A stretch of DNA of 64,000 bases from Escherichia coli (GCF_024502345.1 NZ_JALDNN010000001.1), one strand, 5' to 3'. Counted from the first letter of the stretch, positions 12,052 to 25,319 are shown. Notes: generated by a model from the sequence alone, not told the origin. A program made the numbers and translations.

Positions 12052-14553
12052 TTGGCGGCGCTATCGCCGCCTTTCTTCAAATATTTATCAGGTATGGACA
12101 CCGTGAATATTTATCGACTCTCTTTTGTATCCTGCCTGGTTATCGCGATGCCTTGCGCATTGGCGGTCGAATTCAACCTTAATGTTCTCGATAAATCAAT
12201 GCGCGACCGCATTGATATTTCATTATTAAAGGAAAAAGGAGTCATTGCTCCCGGTGAGTATTTTGTTAGCGTTGCGGTAAATAATAACCAAATCAGTAAC
12301 GGGCAAAAGATTAACTGGCACAAAAATGACGATAAAACCATTCCGTGCATCAATGATTTACTGGTCGATAAATTTGGCTTAAAACCTGAAGTCCGTCAGT
12401 CGTTACCATTGATAAATCAGTGCGTCGATTTTAGCTCCCGACCTGAAATGCTCTTCAATTTCGATCAAGCCAATCAGCAACTGAATATTAGTATTCCGCA
12501 AGCCTGGCTGGCGTGGCACTCAGAAAACTGGACCCCACCGTCCACATGGAAAGAAGGTGTCGCCGGTGTCCTGATGGATTACAACTTGTTTGCCAGCAGC
12601 TACCGCCCACAGGATGGCAGCAGCAGCACTAATCTTAACGCCTATGGAACAGCCGGAATCAACACGGGGGCATGGCGCTTACGCAGTGATTATCAGTTGA
12701 ATCAGACTGATAGCGATGATAACCATGAACAGTCAGGCGAAATATCACGTACCTATCTTTTTCGCCCGTTACCGCAATTAGGTTCAAAATTAACCCTCGG
12801 CGAAACGGATTTTAGTTCCAATATTTTCGACGGTTTTTCTTATACCGGCGCGGCACTGGCAAGTGACGATCGAATGTTGCCATGGGAACTACGCGGCTAC
12901 GCCCTACAAATTAGCGGTATTGCACAGACCAATGCCACGGTGACGATCAGTCAATCAGGCCGCGTCATTTACCAGAAAAAAGTCCCACCAGGCCCATTTA
13001 TCATTGACGACCTTAATCAGTCTGTTCAGGGCACACTGGATGTCAAAGTGACGGAAGAAGATGGTCGGGTGAACAATTTCCAGGTTTCGGCAGCATCGAC
13101 GTCCTTCCTGACTCGTCAGGGACAGGTTCGCTATAAACTGGCCGCGGGTCAGCCACGGCCCTCCATGTCACATCAAACTGAAAATGAAACCTTTTTTAGC
13201 AATGAAGTTTCCTGGGGGATGCTGTCAAACACCTCGCTGTACGGCGGCCTGCTGCTTTCTGGTGATGACTACCATTCTGCCGCAATGGGTATTGGGCAAA
13301 ATATGCTGTGGCTTGGTGCGCTGTCGTTTGATGTCGCGTGGGCCAGTAGCCATTTTGATACTCAGCAGGACGAGCGGGGCTTAAGCTACCGTTTTAATTA
13401 CAGCAAACAAGTGGATGCCACTAACAGCACGATTTCCCTCGCCGCTTATCGTTTCTCCGATCGTCATTTTCACAGCTACGCCAACTATCTGGATCACAAA
13501 TACAACGACAGCGATGCGCAGGACGAAAAACAGACGATCAGCTTATCCGTGGGCCAACCGATTACCCCACTAAACCTCAATCTTTACGCCAACCTGTTGC
13601 ATCAAACCTGGTGGAATGCAGACGCCTCCACGACCGCCAACATCACAGCAGGTTTTAATGTTGATATTGGTGACTGGAGAGATATCTCTATTTCGACGTC
13701 ATTCAATACAACCCATTACGAAGATAAAGATCGCGACAACCAGATTTACCTGTCGATTTCGCTCCCCTTCGGTAATGGTGGTCGGGTTGGTTATGACATG
13801 CAAAACAGTAGCCACAGCACCACACACCGCATGTCGTGGAACGATACACTGGATGAACGTAATAGCTGGGGCATGTCTGCCGGACTGCAATCCGACCGTC
13901 CTGACAATGGAGCCCAGGTGAGCGGTAACTATCAGCACCTGAGTTCAGCGGGTGAGTGGGATATTTCTGGTACCTATGCCGCCAATGATTACAGTTCCGT
14001 CAGCAGCAACTGGAGCGGTTCTTTCACCGCAACCCAATATGGTGCAGCGTTTCATCGCCGCAGCTCCACCAATGAACCACGCCTGATGGTCAGTACCGAT
14101 GGCGTGGCAGATATTCCGGTTCAGGGCAATCTCGACTACACCAACCATTTTGGCATTGCGGTGGTGCCGTTGATTTCCAGTTACCAGCCTTCCACCGTGG
14201 CGGTGAACATGAATGGCTTACCCGACGGCGTAACAGTTGCAGAAAACGTTATCAAAGAAACGTGGATTGAAGGCGCGATAGGTTACAAATCACTGGCTTC
14301 CCGTTCCGGTAAAGACGTTAACGTCATCATTCGCAACGCCAGCGGTCAGTTCCCTCCCCTCGGAGCGGATATCCGCCAGGATGACAGCGGCATTAGCGTG
14401 GGGATGGTTGGCGAGGAAGGACATGCCTGGTTAAGCGGAGTCGCTGAAAATCAAAAGTTTACCGTGGTCTGGGGTGATAGCCAGCATTGCTCGCTCCATC
14501 TTCCTGAACATATGGAAGACACCGAAAATCGCCTGATTTTACCTTGTCATTAA
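12052..14553 (+). CDS. ybgQ: fimbrial outer-membrane usher protein
   Basis: 833-aa ORF (true start may be the internal ATG near 12094, MDTVNIYRLSFVSCLVIAMPCALA signal peptide); PapC/FimD-like usher size and organisation. Confidence 0.9.
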   Translation: MAALSPPFFKYLSGMDTVNIYRLSFVSCLVIAMPCALAVEFNLNVLDKSMRDRIDISLLKEKGVIAPGEYFVSVAVNNNQISNGQKINWHKNDDKTIPCINDLLVDKFGLKPEVRQSLPLINQCVDFSSRPEMLFNFDQANQQLNISIPQAWLAWHSENWTPPSTWKEGVAGVLMDYNLFASSYRPQDGSSSTNLNAYGTAGINTGAWRLRSDYQLNQTDSDDNHEQSGEISRTYLFRPLPQLGSKLTLGETDFSSNIFDGFSYTGAALASDDRMLPWELRGYALQISGIAQTNATVTISQSGRVIYQKKVPPGPFIIDDLNQSVQGTLDVKVTEEDGRVNNFQVSAASTSFLTRQGQVRYKLAAGQPRPSMSHQTENETFFSNEVSWGMLSNTSLYGGLLLSGDDYHSAAMGIGQNMLWLGALSFDVAWASSHFDTQQDERGLSYRFNYSKQVDATNSTISLAAYRFSDRHFHSYANYLDHKYNDSDAQDEKQTISLSVGQPITPLNLNLYANLLHQTWWNADASTTANITAGFNVDIGDWRDISISTSFNTTHYEDKDRDNQIYLSISLPFGNGGRVGYDMQNSSHSTTHRMSWNDTLDERNSWGMSAGLQSDRPDNGAQVSGNYQHLSSAGEWDISGTYAANDYSSVSSNWSGSFTATQYGAAFHRRSSTNEPRLMVSTDGVADIPVQGNLDYTNHFGIAVVPLISSYQPSTVAVNMNGLPDGVTVAENVIKETWIEGAIGYKSLASRSGKDVNVIIRNASGQFPPLGADIRQDDSGISVGMVGEEGHAWLSGVAENQKFTVVWGDSQHCSLHLPEHMEDTENRLILPCH

Positions 14554-14567
14554 TTAAGGAAATGAAA

Positions 14568-15299
14568 ATGACATTTATGAAAGGACTACCCCTTTTGTTG
14601 TTGGTTGCCAGTCTGTGCAGCCACGCTGCACTACAACCCGATCGCACTCGTATTGTGTTTAACGCTAATGATAAAGCTACCAGTCTGCGCGTGGATAATC
14701 GTAGCGATAAACTCCCCTACCTCGCTTATTCCTGGCTCGAAAATGAAAAAGGGGAGAAAAGCGATGATCTTCTGGTCGCCCTGCCACCGATACAACGTCT
14801 GGAACCGAAAGCAACAACGCAGGTACGGATAGTAAAGCAAGCCTCGACCACAAAATTACCGGGCGATCGCGAAACGCTATTTTTCTACAATATGCGTGAA
14901 ATTCCTCCCGCCCCGGAAAAAAACAGCGACCATGCCGTTCTGCAAGTCGCCATTCAGAGTCGTATCAAGGTGTTCTGGCGACCGGCTGCATTACGCAAGA
15001 AAGCAGGAGAAAAGGTCGAACTGCAGTTACAGGTCAGCCAGCAGGGCAACCAACTGACACTGAAAAATCCTACCGCGTATTATCTGACCATTGCCTACCT
15101 GGGACGAAATGAAAAAGGCGTTCTCCCCGGCTTCAAAACCGTGATGGTTGCGCCTTTTAGTACGGTCAACACAAACACCGGAAATTATAGCGGCAGCCAG
15201 TTTTATCTCGGTTATATGGATGATTACGGCGCGTTACGCATGACGACACTCAACTGCAGCGGACAATGCCGTTTACAAGCCGTGGAGGCGAAGAAATGA
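14568..15299 (+). CDS. ybgP: fimbrial periplasmic chaperone (PapD-like)
   Basis: ORF-track 14544..15299; preferred start [20 protein letters not shown] with AGGA 8 nt upstream; PapD-like chaperone length. Confidence 0.88.
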   Translation: MTFMKGLPLLLLVASLCSHAALQPDRTRIVFNANDKATSLRVDNRSDKLPYLAYSWLENEKGEKSDDLLVALPPIQRLEPKATTQVRIVKQASTTKLPGDRETLFFYNMREIPPAPEKNSDHAVLQVAIQSRIKVFWRPAALRKKAGEKVELQLQVSQQGNQLTLKNPTAYYLTIAYLGRNEKGVLPGFKTVMVAPFSTVNTNTGNYSGSQFYLGYMDDYGALRMTTLNCSGQCRLQAVEAKK

Positions 15300-16357
15300 G
15301 TGCTGGCAAGGGAGTGTTGCTCGTCATCTGTCTGTTATTTCTGCCGTTGAAGTCTGCGCTTGCCCTGAACTGCTACTTTGGTTCATCCGGTGGTTCGGTA
15401 GAAAAATCAGAAGTGATTCAACCTTTTGCTGTACCAGGCAATGCCAAACCCGGCGATAAGATTTGGGAATCTGACGATATTAAAATTCCCGTCTATTGTG
15501 ACAACAATACCAACGGCAATTTTGAAAGTGAGCATGTTTACGACTGGGTAAACCCCTACCCGGGGGTGCAAGATCGCTATTATCAACTCGGCGTAACTTA
15601 CAATGGCGTTGATTATGACGCCAACCAGGGAAAAAGCCGCATCGACACTAACCAGTGTATCGACAGTAAGAACATTGACATTTATACCCCTGAGCAGATT
15701 ATCGCGATGGGATGGCAGAACAAAATTTGCTCGGGTGATCCCGCTAATATTCACATGTCGCGTACCTTTCTCGCTCGCATGCGGTTATACGTCAAAATAC
15801 GAGAAATGCCGCCGCATGATTATCAAAGTACGCTTAGCGACTATATCGTCGTGCAATTTGACGGTGCCGGTAGCGTTAACGAAGATCCTACTGCCCAAAA
15901 CCTGAAATATCATATTACCGGTCTGGAAAACATTCGCGTGCTGGATTGCAGCGTCAATTTTTCCATTTCACCGGAAACACAGGTGATTGATTTTGGTAAA
16001 TTTAATTTGCTGGATATTCGTCGCCACACAATGTCGAAAACATTCAGTATTAAGACGACAAAATCACAAAATGACCAATGCACCGACGGATTTAAAGTCA
16101 GTTCCTCCTTTTATACCGAAGAAACGTTGGTTGAAGAAGATAAAGCATTGTTGATTGGTAATGGTCTGAAGCTACGTTTGCTGGATGAAAACGCCTCGCC
16201 TTATACATTCAATAAATATACTGAATACGCCGATTTCACCAGCGATATGCTGATCTACGAAAAAACCTATACGGCTGAACTTTCGTCCATTGCAGGCACC
16301 CCCATCGAGGCTGGCCCCTTCGATACAGTGGTGCTTTTTAAGATTAACTATAACTGA
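15296..16357 (+). CDS. ybgO: fimbrial adhesin-like protein
   Basis: ORF-track 15266..16357; start trimmed to [23 protein letters not shown] (353 aa) overlapping the ybgP stop; terminal gene of the fimbrial operon. Confidence 0.85.
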   Translation: MSAGKGVLLVICLLFLPLKSALALNCYFGSSGGSVEKSEVIQPFAVPGNAKPGDKIWESDDIKIPVYCDNNTNGNFESEHVYDWVNPYPGVQDRYYQLGVTYNGVDYDANQGKSRIDTNQCIDSKNIDIYTPEQIIAMGWQNKICSGDPANIHMSRTFLARMRLYVKIREMPPHDYQSTLSDYIVVQFDGAGSVNEDPTAQNLKYHITGLENIRVLDCSVNFSISPETQVIDFGKFNLLDIRRHTMSKTFSIKTTKSQNDQCTDGFKVSSSFYTEETLVEEDKALLIGNGLKLRLLDENASPYTFNKYTEYADFTSDMLIYEKTYTAELSSIAGTPIEAGPFDTVVLFKINYN

Positions 16358-16508
16358 CTTGCCATGATGCCCTTTGCAGCCGGAAAGGGCATCTCTTTCA
16401 GAAAATTGCTGATTTTCCCCTTTTCCTTGATTGCTGTTATTTTTTCCTGGCCCGGCTTTCTTTATGCTGTATCGATACACCAAAGAGAAAATAATGAGGG
16501 AGCAAAGG

Positions 16509-17555
16509 ATGCCAGTTTTGCAGTGGGGAATGTTATGTGTGCTATCACTTCTCCTTTCTATTGGTTTCCTCGCGGTACATCTCCCGGCGGCATTATTACT
16601 TGGGCCGATGATCGCCGGGATCATCTTTAGTATGCGCGGGGTTACCCTGCAACTCCCCCGCTCCGCTTTTCTCGCCGCGCAGGCCATTCTTGGCTGCATG
16701 ATTGCGCAAAACTTGACCGGTTCGATCCTGACCACGCTGGCGGTTAACTGGCCGATTGTGTTAGCTATTTTACTGGTGACGTTGCTTTCCAGCGCTATCG
16801 TGGGATGGCTACTGGTGCGCTATAGCTCACTGCCCGGAAATACTGGTGCCTGGGGCTCCTCGCCTGGCGGGGCGGCGGCAATGGTCGCGATGGCGCAGGA
16901 TTACGGCGCAGATATCCGCCTGGTGGCGTTTATGCAGTATCTGCGAGTGCTGTTTGTCGCGGGGGCCGCAGTTCTGGTCACGCGAATGATGCTGGGCGAT
17001 AACGCTGAAGCGGTTAACCAGCATATCGTCTGGTTCCCGCCAGTGAGCATTAATCTCCTGCTTACTATTTTGCTCGCGGTCGTTGCCGGTACAGTGGGAT
17101 GCCTGCTGCGTCTTCCTTCCGGCACGATGCTCATCCCGATGCTGGCGGGCGCAGTGCTCCAGTCTGGTCAGCTCATCACCATCGAACTACCGGAATGGCT
17201 GCTGGCGATGGCGTATATGGCAATTGGCTGGCGGATTGGTCTTGGTTTCGATAAACAAATCTTACAGCGGGCACTACGCCCGCTACCACAAATCCTGCTG
17301 TCGATTTTTGCTCTGCTGGCTATTTGTGCGGGTATGGCGTGGGGACTGACCCGGTTTATGCACATTGATTTTATGACTGCCTACCTCGCCACCAGCCCCG
17401 GCGGGCTTGATACCGTGGCGGTCATCGCCGCAGGGAGCAATGCCGATATGGCGCTCATTATGGCGATGCAAACCCTGCGCCTGTTCAGTATTTTGCTGAC
17501 AGGGCCTGCCATTGCGCGGTTTATTTCAACCTATGCGCCGAAACGTACGGCCTAG
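16509..17555 (+). CDS. abrB: AbrB-family membrane protein (putative regulator of aidB expression)
   Basis: ORF-track 374 aa trimmed to [30 protein letters not shown] (348 aa); polytopic membrane protein. Confidence 0.88.
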   Translation: MPVLQWGMLCVLSLLLSIGFLAVHLPAALLLGPMIAGIIFSMRGVTLQLPRSAFLAAQAILGCMIAQNLTGSILTTLAVNWPIVLAILLVTLLSSAIVGWLLVRYSSLPGNTGAWGSSPGGAAAMVAMAQDYGADIRLVAFMQYLRVLFVAGAAVLVTRMMLGDNAEAVNQHIVWFPPVSINLLLTILLAVVAGTVGCLLRLPSGTMLIPMLAGAVLQSGQLITIELPEWLLAMAYMAIGWRIGLGFDKQILQRALRPLPQILLSIFALLAICAGMAWGLTRFMHIDFMTAYLATSPGGLDTVAVIAAGSNADMALIMAMQTLRLFSILLTGPAIARFISTYAPKRTA

Positions 17556-18343
17556 TGCTGGCAGCCCGAACACCAGTAAAACGGGCGAGATGACAGCGTG
17601 GTTTTCTCAATGATGCCGCCACAGCGTTCGCACAGTTCGCCATCACGATGAAAAACCTTAAAGCGAAACAGCGCCCCATGATGCTTATTCTCATCCACCT
17701 GCCCCCGCGTAGCGTAAGAAAACCGAGGAATATCCAGTAACGCGTGTGCGAGTGCATCCAGTTGCGCCGCATTGAGGTCTTTCGCTTTATGATTTCCAGT
17801 CAACCCAACCTGCCAGAGGATCTCCACACGCAAATAATTGCCAAGCCCAGCCAGAAACGCCTGATCGAGCAGTAATCCAGCAAACTGACGGTTACGAAAG
17901 CGCGGCGACAATAACCGTTCTTTCACCACCTCCGGCGTCAGATTCGGATCCAGCACATCGGGACCAACGCGTTGTAAAAACGGATGCGTGGTCAGTTGTT
18001 CCGGGGTCAACATCTCAATATCCGAGGCGCTATAAAGCAGAATGGTTTTGTCAGCCGTTTGCAGTTTTACCCGCAATACTCGCGTGGTCTGCGGCTCTTC
18101 GCCGGTATCAACCACGCGCCAGACGCCATAAAGCTGATTATGGCTGTAGAGCGTTAAGTCGTTGGAAAAATGAGTTAACAACGCCTTACCACGCGTTTCC
18201 ACATGGGTAACGTGTTGACCGATAAGTTGTGATTGATAAGTTTTTAACTGCGGGAAGGCAAACCAGACATCAGTTAGTGGTTTGCCTTTGATCGCCGCCT
18301 CCAGGTTATCCGCTGCACGGCGGATCTCCGGGCCTTCAGGCAT
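17552..18343 (-). CDS. nei: endonuclease VIII (DNA glycosylase/AP lyase)
   Basis: 263-aa [29 protein letters not shown]... (Fpg/Nei N-terminal PEGPE motif) with C-terminal zinc finger CxxC...CxxC. Confidence 0.96.
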   Translation of the reverse strand: MPEGPEIRRAADNLEAAIKGKPLTDVWFAFPQLKTYQSQLIGQHVTHVETRGKALLTHFSNDLTLYSHNQLYGVWRVVDTGEEPQTTRVLRVKLQTADKTILLYSASDIEMLTPEQLTTHPFLQRVGPDVLDPNLTPEVVKERLLSPRFRNRQFAGLLLDQAFLAGLGNYLRVEILWQVGLTGNHKAKDLNAAQLDALAHALLDIPRFSYATRGQVDENKHHGALFRFKVFHRDGELCERCGGIIEKTTLSSRPFYWCSGCQH

Positions 18344-18378
18344 GGTGATATCCTTTTTTCATTCTTTATTAATCGGGG

Positions 18379-19113
18379 TTATGCTGCGACAACAATCCCC
18401 TTTTCGGCAAATGCAGAGCGTAGTCGGCGGGCGAACGCCAGTGCGTGCTCGCCGTCGCCATGCAGGCAGACCGTTTGCGCCGTGACCGTTGCCCATTCGC
18501 CGGTGATACTTTTGACTCTGCCGTGTTGCACCATCTCCAGCGTTTGCGCCAACGCCTGTTCTTCGTTTTCAATCAACGCGCCTGGCTGATTTCGCGGCAC
18601 CAGCGAGCCGTCAGCCTGATAACCGCGATCGGCAAACACTTCCTCGCGCGTTGTCAGGCCATATTGCTTGCCTGCACGAATCAGCTCGCTTCCTGCCAGC
18701 CCAACTAGAACCAATGCTGGATCGCAAGCGTATACCGCTCTGGCGATGGCGTCTGCCAGTTGTGCTTCTTTCGCCGCCTGGTTGTACAACATGCCGTGCG
18801 GTTTGACATGACACATTACGCCGCCTTGCGCACGGGCAATCGTTGCCAGCGCGCCAATTTGATACAGCGTCTGGGCGTAAACGGTTTCTGGCGGCAGCTG
18901 CATAGCGCTGCGACCAAAATTTTCCCTGTCGGGAAAACTCGGATGAGCGCCAATCGCGACACCATTTTTTATTGCTTCACGCACGCAAGCCTGCATGGTT
19001 TGCGCATCGCCTGCATGAAATCCACAGGCAATATTGGCAGAGGAAACCAGCGTTAATAGCTCTGCGTCGCTGGTGCAGCCTTCGCCCAGATCGGCGTTCA
19101 GGTCAATTTTCAT
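18379..19113 (-). CDS. pxpA: 5-oxoprolinase subunit A (LamB/YcsF family)
   Basis: 244-aa [39 protein letters not shown]...; formerly ybgL. Confidence 0.93.
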   Translation of the reverse strand: MKIDLNADLGEGCTSDAELLTLVSSANIACGFHAGDAQTMQACVREAIKNGVAIGAHPSFPDRENFGRSAMQLPPETVYAQTLYQIGALATIARAQGGVMCHVKPHGMLYNQAAKEAQLADAIARAVYACDPALVLVGLAGSELIRAGKQYGLTTREEVFADRGYQADGSLVPRNQPGALIENEEQALAQTLEMVQHGRVKSITGEWATVTAQTVCLHGDGEHALAFARRLRSAFAEKGIVVAA

Positions 19114-20035
19114 TGTGCAGCCGCCACGCTAATTGTTCGAAATAACGTTGCTGATCTTGCCGCGCTTTCAGTGCCTCTTCCAATGAACACTGGACAAAAT
19201 GAATCGGCTGACCGAGCGGAATTTGCGCCAGATGGTACATATCAGCCTCAATGATACAGGCAATACGCGGGTAACCACCGGTGGTCTGTGCGTCGTTCAT
19301 CAACACAATGGGCTGCCCGTTATGCGGCACCTGCACCACGCCCGGTAACAAACCGTGAGATAACAGTTCGCGATCGGTGGTGCGTTTTAAAATTTGCCCC
19401 TGTAAGCGATAGCCCATGCGGTTACTTTGCGAGCTAAGCTGCCAGGGCGAACGCCAGAATGCATCCTGCGAGGCGCGATCGAACTCATGATATTCCGGCC
19501 CCGGCAAGGCGCGAATGCGGTTGCCCCACAGCAGCTGTTTAACGCCCTGCGCTTCCATAAAATCACGCTTCGATTTGCCAATCGGGAGTCGGTCACCATC
19601 CTTCAGTAAACGGCCTTCCAGCCCGCCAATCCCCACTTTGAGATCGGTGCTGCATGACCCCATTACCGGCGGAACATCAATACCACCCGCGACCGCCAGA
19701 TAACTGCGCATCCCGTGCTGCGGGCGTTTAAGCGTTAAACGCTGGCCTGCTTTCATCGGCAATCGCCAGCCGGTCCAGACGGCATTATCATCCAGCCGCG
19801 CTTCGCAACCGGCACCCGTCAGAGCAAACCACCCATCAGTTTCGAACTCAACCGTTAACTGACCGAGCGTGATCTCCAGCGCGGGGGCATTGGCGTCATT
19901 ACCCACCAGTAGGTTAGCAATGCGTAACGCGGGCATATCCAGTGCGCCGCAGTGGCTGATACCCGACTGGCGAAAACCGTGACGACCGCCATCCTGCACA
20001 GTGGTATACATGCCCGCACGAATAATCTTCAGCAT
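19103..20035 (-). CDS. pxpC: 5-oxoprolinase subunit C (allophanate hydrolase subunit 2-like)
   Basis: 310-aa [29 protein letters not shown]...; formerly ybgK; overlaps pxpA and pxpB ends. Confidence 0.93.
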   Translation of the reverse strand: MLKIIRAGMYTTVQDGGRHGFRQSGISHCGALDMPALRIANLLVGNDANAPALEITLGQLTVEFETDGWFALTGAGCEARLDDNAVWTGWRLPMKAGQRLTLKRPQHGMRSYLAVAGGIDVPPVMGSCSTDLKVGIGGLEGRLLKDGDRLPIGKSKRDFMEAQGVKQLLWGNRIRALPGPEYHEFDRASQDAFWRSPWQLSSQSNRMGYRLQGQILKRTTDRELLSHGLLPGVVQVPHNGQPIVLMNDAQTTGGYPRIACIIEADMYHLAQIPLGQPIHFVQCSLEEALKARQDQQRYFEQLAWRLHNEN

Positions 20036-20685
20036 ACCCCCTCCTTTTGCGGTACAAAGCGCACGCTGTCTCCCGGACGTAATAAGATGGGTTTGTCACG
20101 CGCCGGATCAAACAGGCTGAGAGAGGTATGACCAATCAACTGCCAGCCACCCGGCGTTGCCAGCGGATAAACACCAGTCTGCGGCCCGCCGATCCCGACA
20201 GAACCTGCCGGAACGAGCAAGCGCGGTTCAGCGCGCCGTGGCGTGTGTAGTTGTTCCGGCAAACTCCCGAGATACGGGAAGCCCGGTTGAAAACCTAAAA
20301 ACCAGACCACGTATTCCACGGAGGAGTGCAATTCAACAACCTGTTTTTCGCTCAACCCGCAATGCGCCGCGACCACCGCCAAATCCGGTCCGCCTGCACC
20401 ACCGTAAACCACCGGAATTTCAATAAAGCGAGACTCAGGTTCCAGGGCCTCGCTCTCCTCCCACCAGCGTTGCAAACGCTCTATGGCATCCAGCGCCAGC
20501 GACTCAGGATTACGCAAAATCACCGTGATATTGTTCATGCCGGGAATGGCTTCAACCACATTCGGCATATCCACCAGACGCTGCGCCAGTCGCCAGATCC
20601 GTTTCTGGCTAGCCAGCGTCACCGGCGGTTCCAGTTCCAGCACTACCGCCGTTTCACCTATCAGATAACAACGCGCTCGTTGCAC
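20029..20685 (-). CDS. pxpB: 5-oxoprolinase subunit B (allophanate hydrolase subunit 1-like)
   Basis: 218-aa [24 protein letters not shown]...; formerly ybgJ. Confidence 0.93.
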   Translation of the reverse strand: MQRARCYLIGETAVVLELEPPVTLASQKRIWRLAQRLVDMPNVVEAIPGMNNITVILRNPESLALDAIERLQRWWEESEALEPESRFIEIPVVYGGAGGPDLAVVAAHCGLSEKQVVELHSSVEYVVWFLGFQPGFPYLGSLPEQLHTPRRAEPRLLVPAGSVGIGGPQTGVYPLATPGGWQLIGHTSLSLFDPARDKPILLRPGDSVRFVPQKEGVC

Positions 20686-20707
20686 TTTCGATCCCTCTGA
20701 TTATTCG

Positions 20708-21451
20708 TTATGCAGGATTAGGAATATCAATAAAGGTCACATCAAGATCGGTATTTTCATTCAGCCACTCGCTCAACGCGCGAATACCACCGCGTTCAGT
20801 GGCATGGTGACCCGCAGCATAAAAATGCAATCCCTGCTCGCGGGCTGAATGAATGGTCTGTTCAGAAACTTCGCCAGTAATAAAAGCATCCACGCCAAAA
20901 CGCGCGGCGCTATCGATAAAACTTTGCCCGCCGCCCGTGCACCAGGCAACACGCTGGACCACCTCAGGTCCGGTATCGCCACACCATAACGGCTTACGTC
21001 CCAGGCGCGCTTCAATCCAGGAAGCCAGCTCCAGTCCCGGCACAGGCATGGTCAGCTCACCCCACGGCACCAACGGCTCAATTTCGCCCATGACCGTGAT
21101 CCCCAGTAACGCCGCCAGCTGTGCGTTATTGCCCAGCTCAGGATGTGCGTCAAGCGGCAAATGCCAGCCATACAGGTTGATATCATTCGCCAGCAACGTT
21201 TTTAAACGGTTACGCTTCATTCCGCGAATGACCGGAGACTCTCCTTTCCAGAAGTAGCCATGATGCACAATGACCGCATCCGCGCCCAGACGCACTGCCT
21301 CATCGAGCAAAGCCTGGCTGGCGGTGACACCGGTAACAATTTTTTGCACCGTCTCTTTGCCTTCCACCTGCAAACCATTCGGCGCGTAATCACTAATCGC
21401 CGCGCTGTTCAGTTTTTCGTTAATCAGTTGTTCCAGTTCGGTGTTTTTCAT
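20708..21451 (-). CDS. ybgI: Nif3-family metal-binding protein (GTP cyclohydrolase 1 type 2 homologue)
   Basis: 247-aa ORF MKNTELEQLINEKLNSAAISDYAPNGLQVEG...; NIF3/YqfO family. Confidence 0.93.
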   Translation of the reverse strand: MKNTELEQLINEKLNSAAISDYAPNGLQVEGKETVQKIVTGVTASQALLDEAVRLGADAVIVHHGYFWKGESPVIRGMKRNRLKTLLANDINLYGWHLPLDAHPELGNNAQLAALLGITVMGEIEPLVPWGELTMPVPGLELASWIEARLGRKPLWCGDTGPEVVQRVAWCTGGGQSFIDSAARFGVDAFITGEVSEQTIHSAREQGLHFYAAGHHATERGGIRALSEWLNENTDLDVTFIDIPNPA

Positions 21452-21538
21452 CTTCGCGCCTTCCGTATTCTGATAGCTACACCGTTAACATAGCGTTACC
21501 TCGCCTGTTCGTCGATAGCCAATCTTTTGACATATTAA

Positions 21539-23203
<1,665 letters not shown>

Positions 23204-23214
23204 TAGGCCAGCAC

Positions 23215-23340
23215 CGATGCCTGATGCGACGCTTGACGCGTCTTATCAGGCCTACGCATTTCCTGCAATTTATTGAATTTGCACAAATTTGTAGGCTGGA
23301 TAAGGCGTTCACGCCGCATCCGGCATCTGGGCTCGATTGC
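23215..23340. repeat. REP/BIME cluster between dtpD and phr
   Basis: REP palindromes GCCTGATGCGACGCTTGACGCGTCTTATCAGGCCTAC and GCCGGATGCGGCGTGAACGCCTTATCC (inverted) read directly. Confidence 0.75.
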
Positions 23341-23352
23341 CTGACGCGTCTG

Positions 23353-24771
23353 TTATTTCCCCTTCCGCGCCGCCTCATACGCTGCCAACGTTTGTACTCT
23401 CGCCTCTTTGTGCTCGACTATCGGTTGCGGATAATCCAGCTTCACACCTGCTTTCTCAGCCCACTTCCACGGCTCATGCACCGATTTCCCCGGTACATTG
23501 CGTAGTTCCGGTAGCCACTGGCGGATAAACTCGCCTTCGCGGTCAAATTTCTCGCCCTGGGTTGTCGGGTTGAAAATACGAAAATACGGCGCTGCATCAG
23601 TACCCGTAGAAGCCGCCCACTGCCAGCCACCGTTATTGGCTGCCAAATCACCATCAATCAGCTGCGACATGAAATATCGCTCGCCTTCGCGCCAGTCGAT
23701 CAATAAATCTTTCACCAGAAAACTGGCTGTAATCATCCGTAGCCTGTTATGCATCCAGCCAGTGCTGTTAAGCTGACGCATGGCAGCATCGACAATCGGG
23801 TATCCCGTTTTGCCTTCCTGCCAGGCCTGTAAATGTGCGGGATTGCTCTGCCACTGTACACGATCCGTCCAGGCAATAAATGGACGATGTTTACACAACG
23901 AGGGGTGATACGTTATCAGGTGACGGTAAAACTCGCGCCAGATCAGCTCATTAAGCCAGACACTACCGGCCCCACCGTCCAGCGCCTGCGGCTGTTCAGC
24001 CAACAAGCGATGCAAGCACTGGCGAGGCGATAACCCGCCCGTTGCCAGGCTGGCCGACAAACGGCTGGTGCCTTCCACTGCCGGAAAATCTCGTTGTTGC
24101 TCATATTCTCCGGCACCGTTCTGGCAAAACTGGCGTAATTGCGCAATCGCCGCTTTTTCTTCCACCGGAAAATGCGCAGTATCGAAAGACTGACGAGGAT
24201 AATTCAGCGTAATGGATGGCGAGGGCTCTATCGATCCGCTACTACGAACTTTTGGCGCAGCGACGCACTCCGGCATCCCTTCCCGCAGCCGTTTCAGCCA
24301 GGCATTCTTAAAAGGCGTAAAGACTTTGTACATCTCGTGATTACCGGTCATCACCGCGCCAGGCGGCAGGATCACGCTGTCATCAAATCCTTCACACACC
24401 ACGTTACGCAGCGCTCTTTCAACTTCCACATCCCGCGCCCGCTCATTCACCTCATACTGATAGTTATAAAAAAGATGAGTAACGCTGTTTTCCGCGCACA
24501 CCTGTTTAATTATTTCGACGCTGGCGGCAAAGTCATCCACTTCACGGAACAATAAAGGAATACCTTTTTCCGCAAGCGCGATTTGTAGCCCATTCAGTTG
24601 AGCATTGATAAGTTCAGCCTGACGCGGCGACATGTTATGCGTCGCCCACTGGCGTGGTGTAGCGATATATAACGCCAGCACGCGTGCAGACGAATTGCGG
24701 CAGGCGGCAGCCAGTGCGAGATTATCGTGCAGACGTAAATCCTGGCGAAACCAGACCAGATGAGTAGTCAT
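23353..24771 (-). CDS. phrB: deoxyribodipyrimidine photolyase
   Basis: 472-aa ORF MTTHLVWFRQDLRLHDNLALAAAC...; photolyase/cryptochrome family; ATG overlaps ybgA stop (ATGA). Confidence 0.96.
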   Translation of the reverse strand: MTTHLVWFRQDLRLHDNLALAAACRNSSARVLALYIATPRQWATHNMSPRQAELINAQLNGLQIALAEKGIPLLFREVDDFAASVEIIKQVCAENSVTHLFYNYQYEVNERARDVEVERALRNVVCEGFDDSVILPPGAVMTGNHEMYKVFTPFKNAWLKRLREGMPECVAAPKVRSSGSIEPSPSITLNYPRQSFDTAHFPVEEKAAIAQLRQFCQNGAGEYEQQRDFPAVEGTSRLSASLATGGLSPRQCLHRLLAEQPQALDGGAGSVWLNELIWREFYRHLITYHPSLCKHRPFIAWTDRVQWQSNPAHLQAWQEGKTGYPIVDAAMRQLNSTGWMHNRLRMITASFLVKDLLIDWREGERYFMSQLIDGDLAANNGGWQWAASTGTDAAPYFRIFNPTTQGEKFDREGEFIRQWLPELRNVPGKSVHEPWKWAEKAGVKLDYPQPIVEHKEARVQTLAAYEAARKGK

Positions 24772-25277
24772 AAAACTCCTGAATGGCGCAAGTTAATCAC
24801 ACGCGGCCAAAGTTCGAAATAACGCTGCCCTGAAAGCCAGGCGTCAGGATAAAGCGCCATATAGTGTTTGATACGCATCAGCGGCGCAAGAAGTGGTTGC
24901 TCGCCACGGCGATAACTGTCGATAAGCGCCGCCAACTGCTGGCGTTCTGTGGAATCAATATGCGGGCGAAAATAACCCTGAACGTGCATCAAAACGTTGG
25001 TGTGATCGCGCGGGTTGGCGGGATGAGAAAGCAAAACAATTACGCGTTGGCGGTACTGGTTGTAATAGTCATCCAGATTTTGCCACTGGTGAATATCAGC
25101 CACAAACGGGCCAAGTTTGCGGTATTCCGGCTGGGAATGAGCCAGAAAGACGAGTTTATAGCGGCTGTGATAATCGAGAAGCGCCCCGCGCGTTAAGCCA
25201 TGTTCTTTCAGTCGATGTAACTCATGAAGGGCGAAGATACGGATTAGGGTGCTGTCATCAAATCGTTGCTGATTCAT
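24768..25277 (-). CDS. ybgA: DUF1722-family protein co-transcribed with photolyase
   Basis: ORF-track 192 aa trimmed to MNQQRFDDSTLIRIFALHELHRL (169 aa) with AGGAG 6 nt upstream of the ATG. Confidence 0.88.
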   Translation of the reverse strand: MNQQRFDDSTLIRIFALHELHRLKEHGLTRGALLDYHSRYKLVFLAHSQPEYRKLGPFVADIHQWQNLDDYYNQYRQRVIVLLSHPANPRDHTNVLMHVQGYFRPHIDSTERQQLAALIDSYRRGEQPLLAPLMRIKHYMALYPDAWLSGQRYFELWPRVINLRHSGVL

Positions 25278-25319
25278 TACTGCTCCTGAACGGTTTACAG
25301 GAGTAAGTGTAGACGGCGA

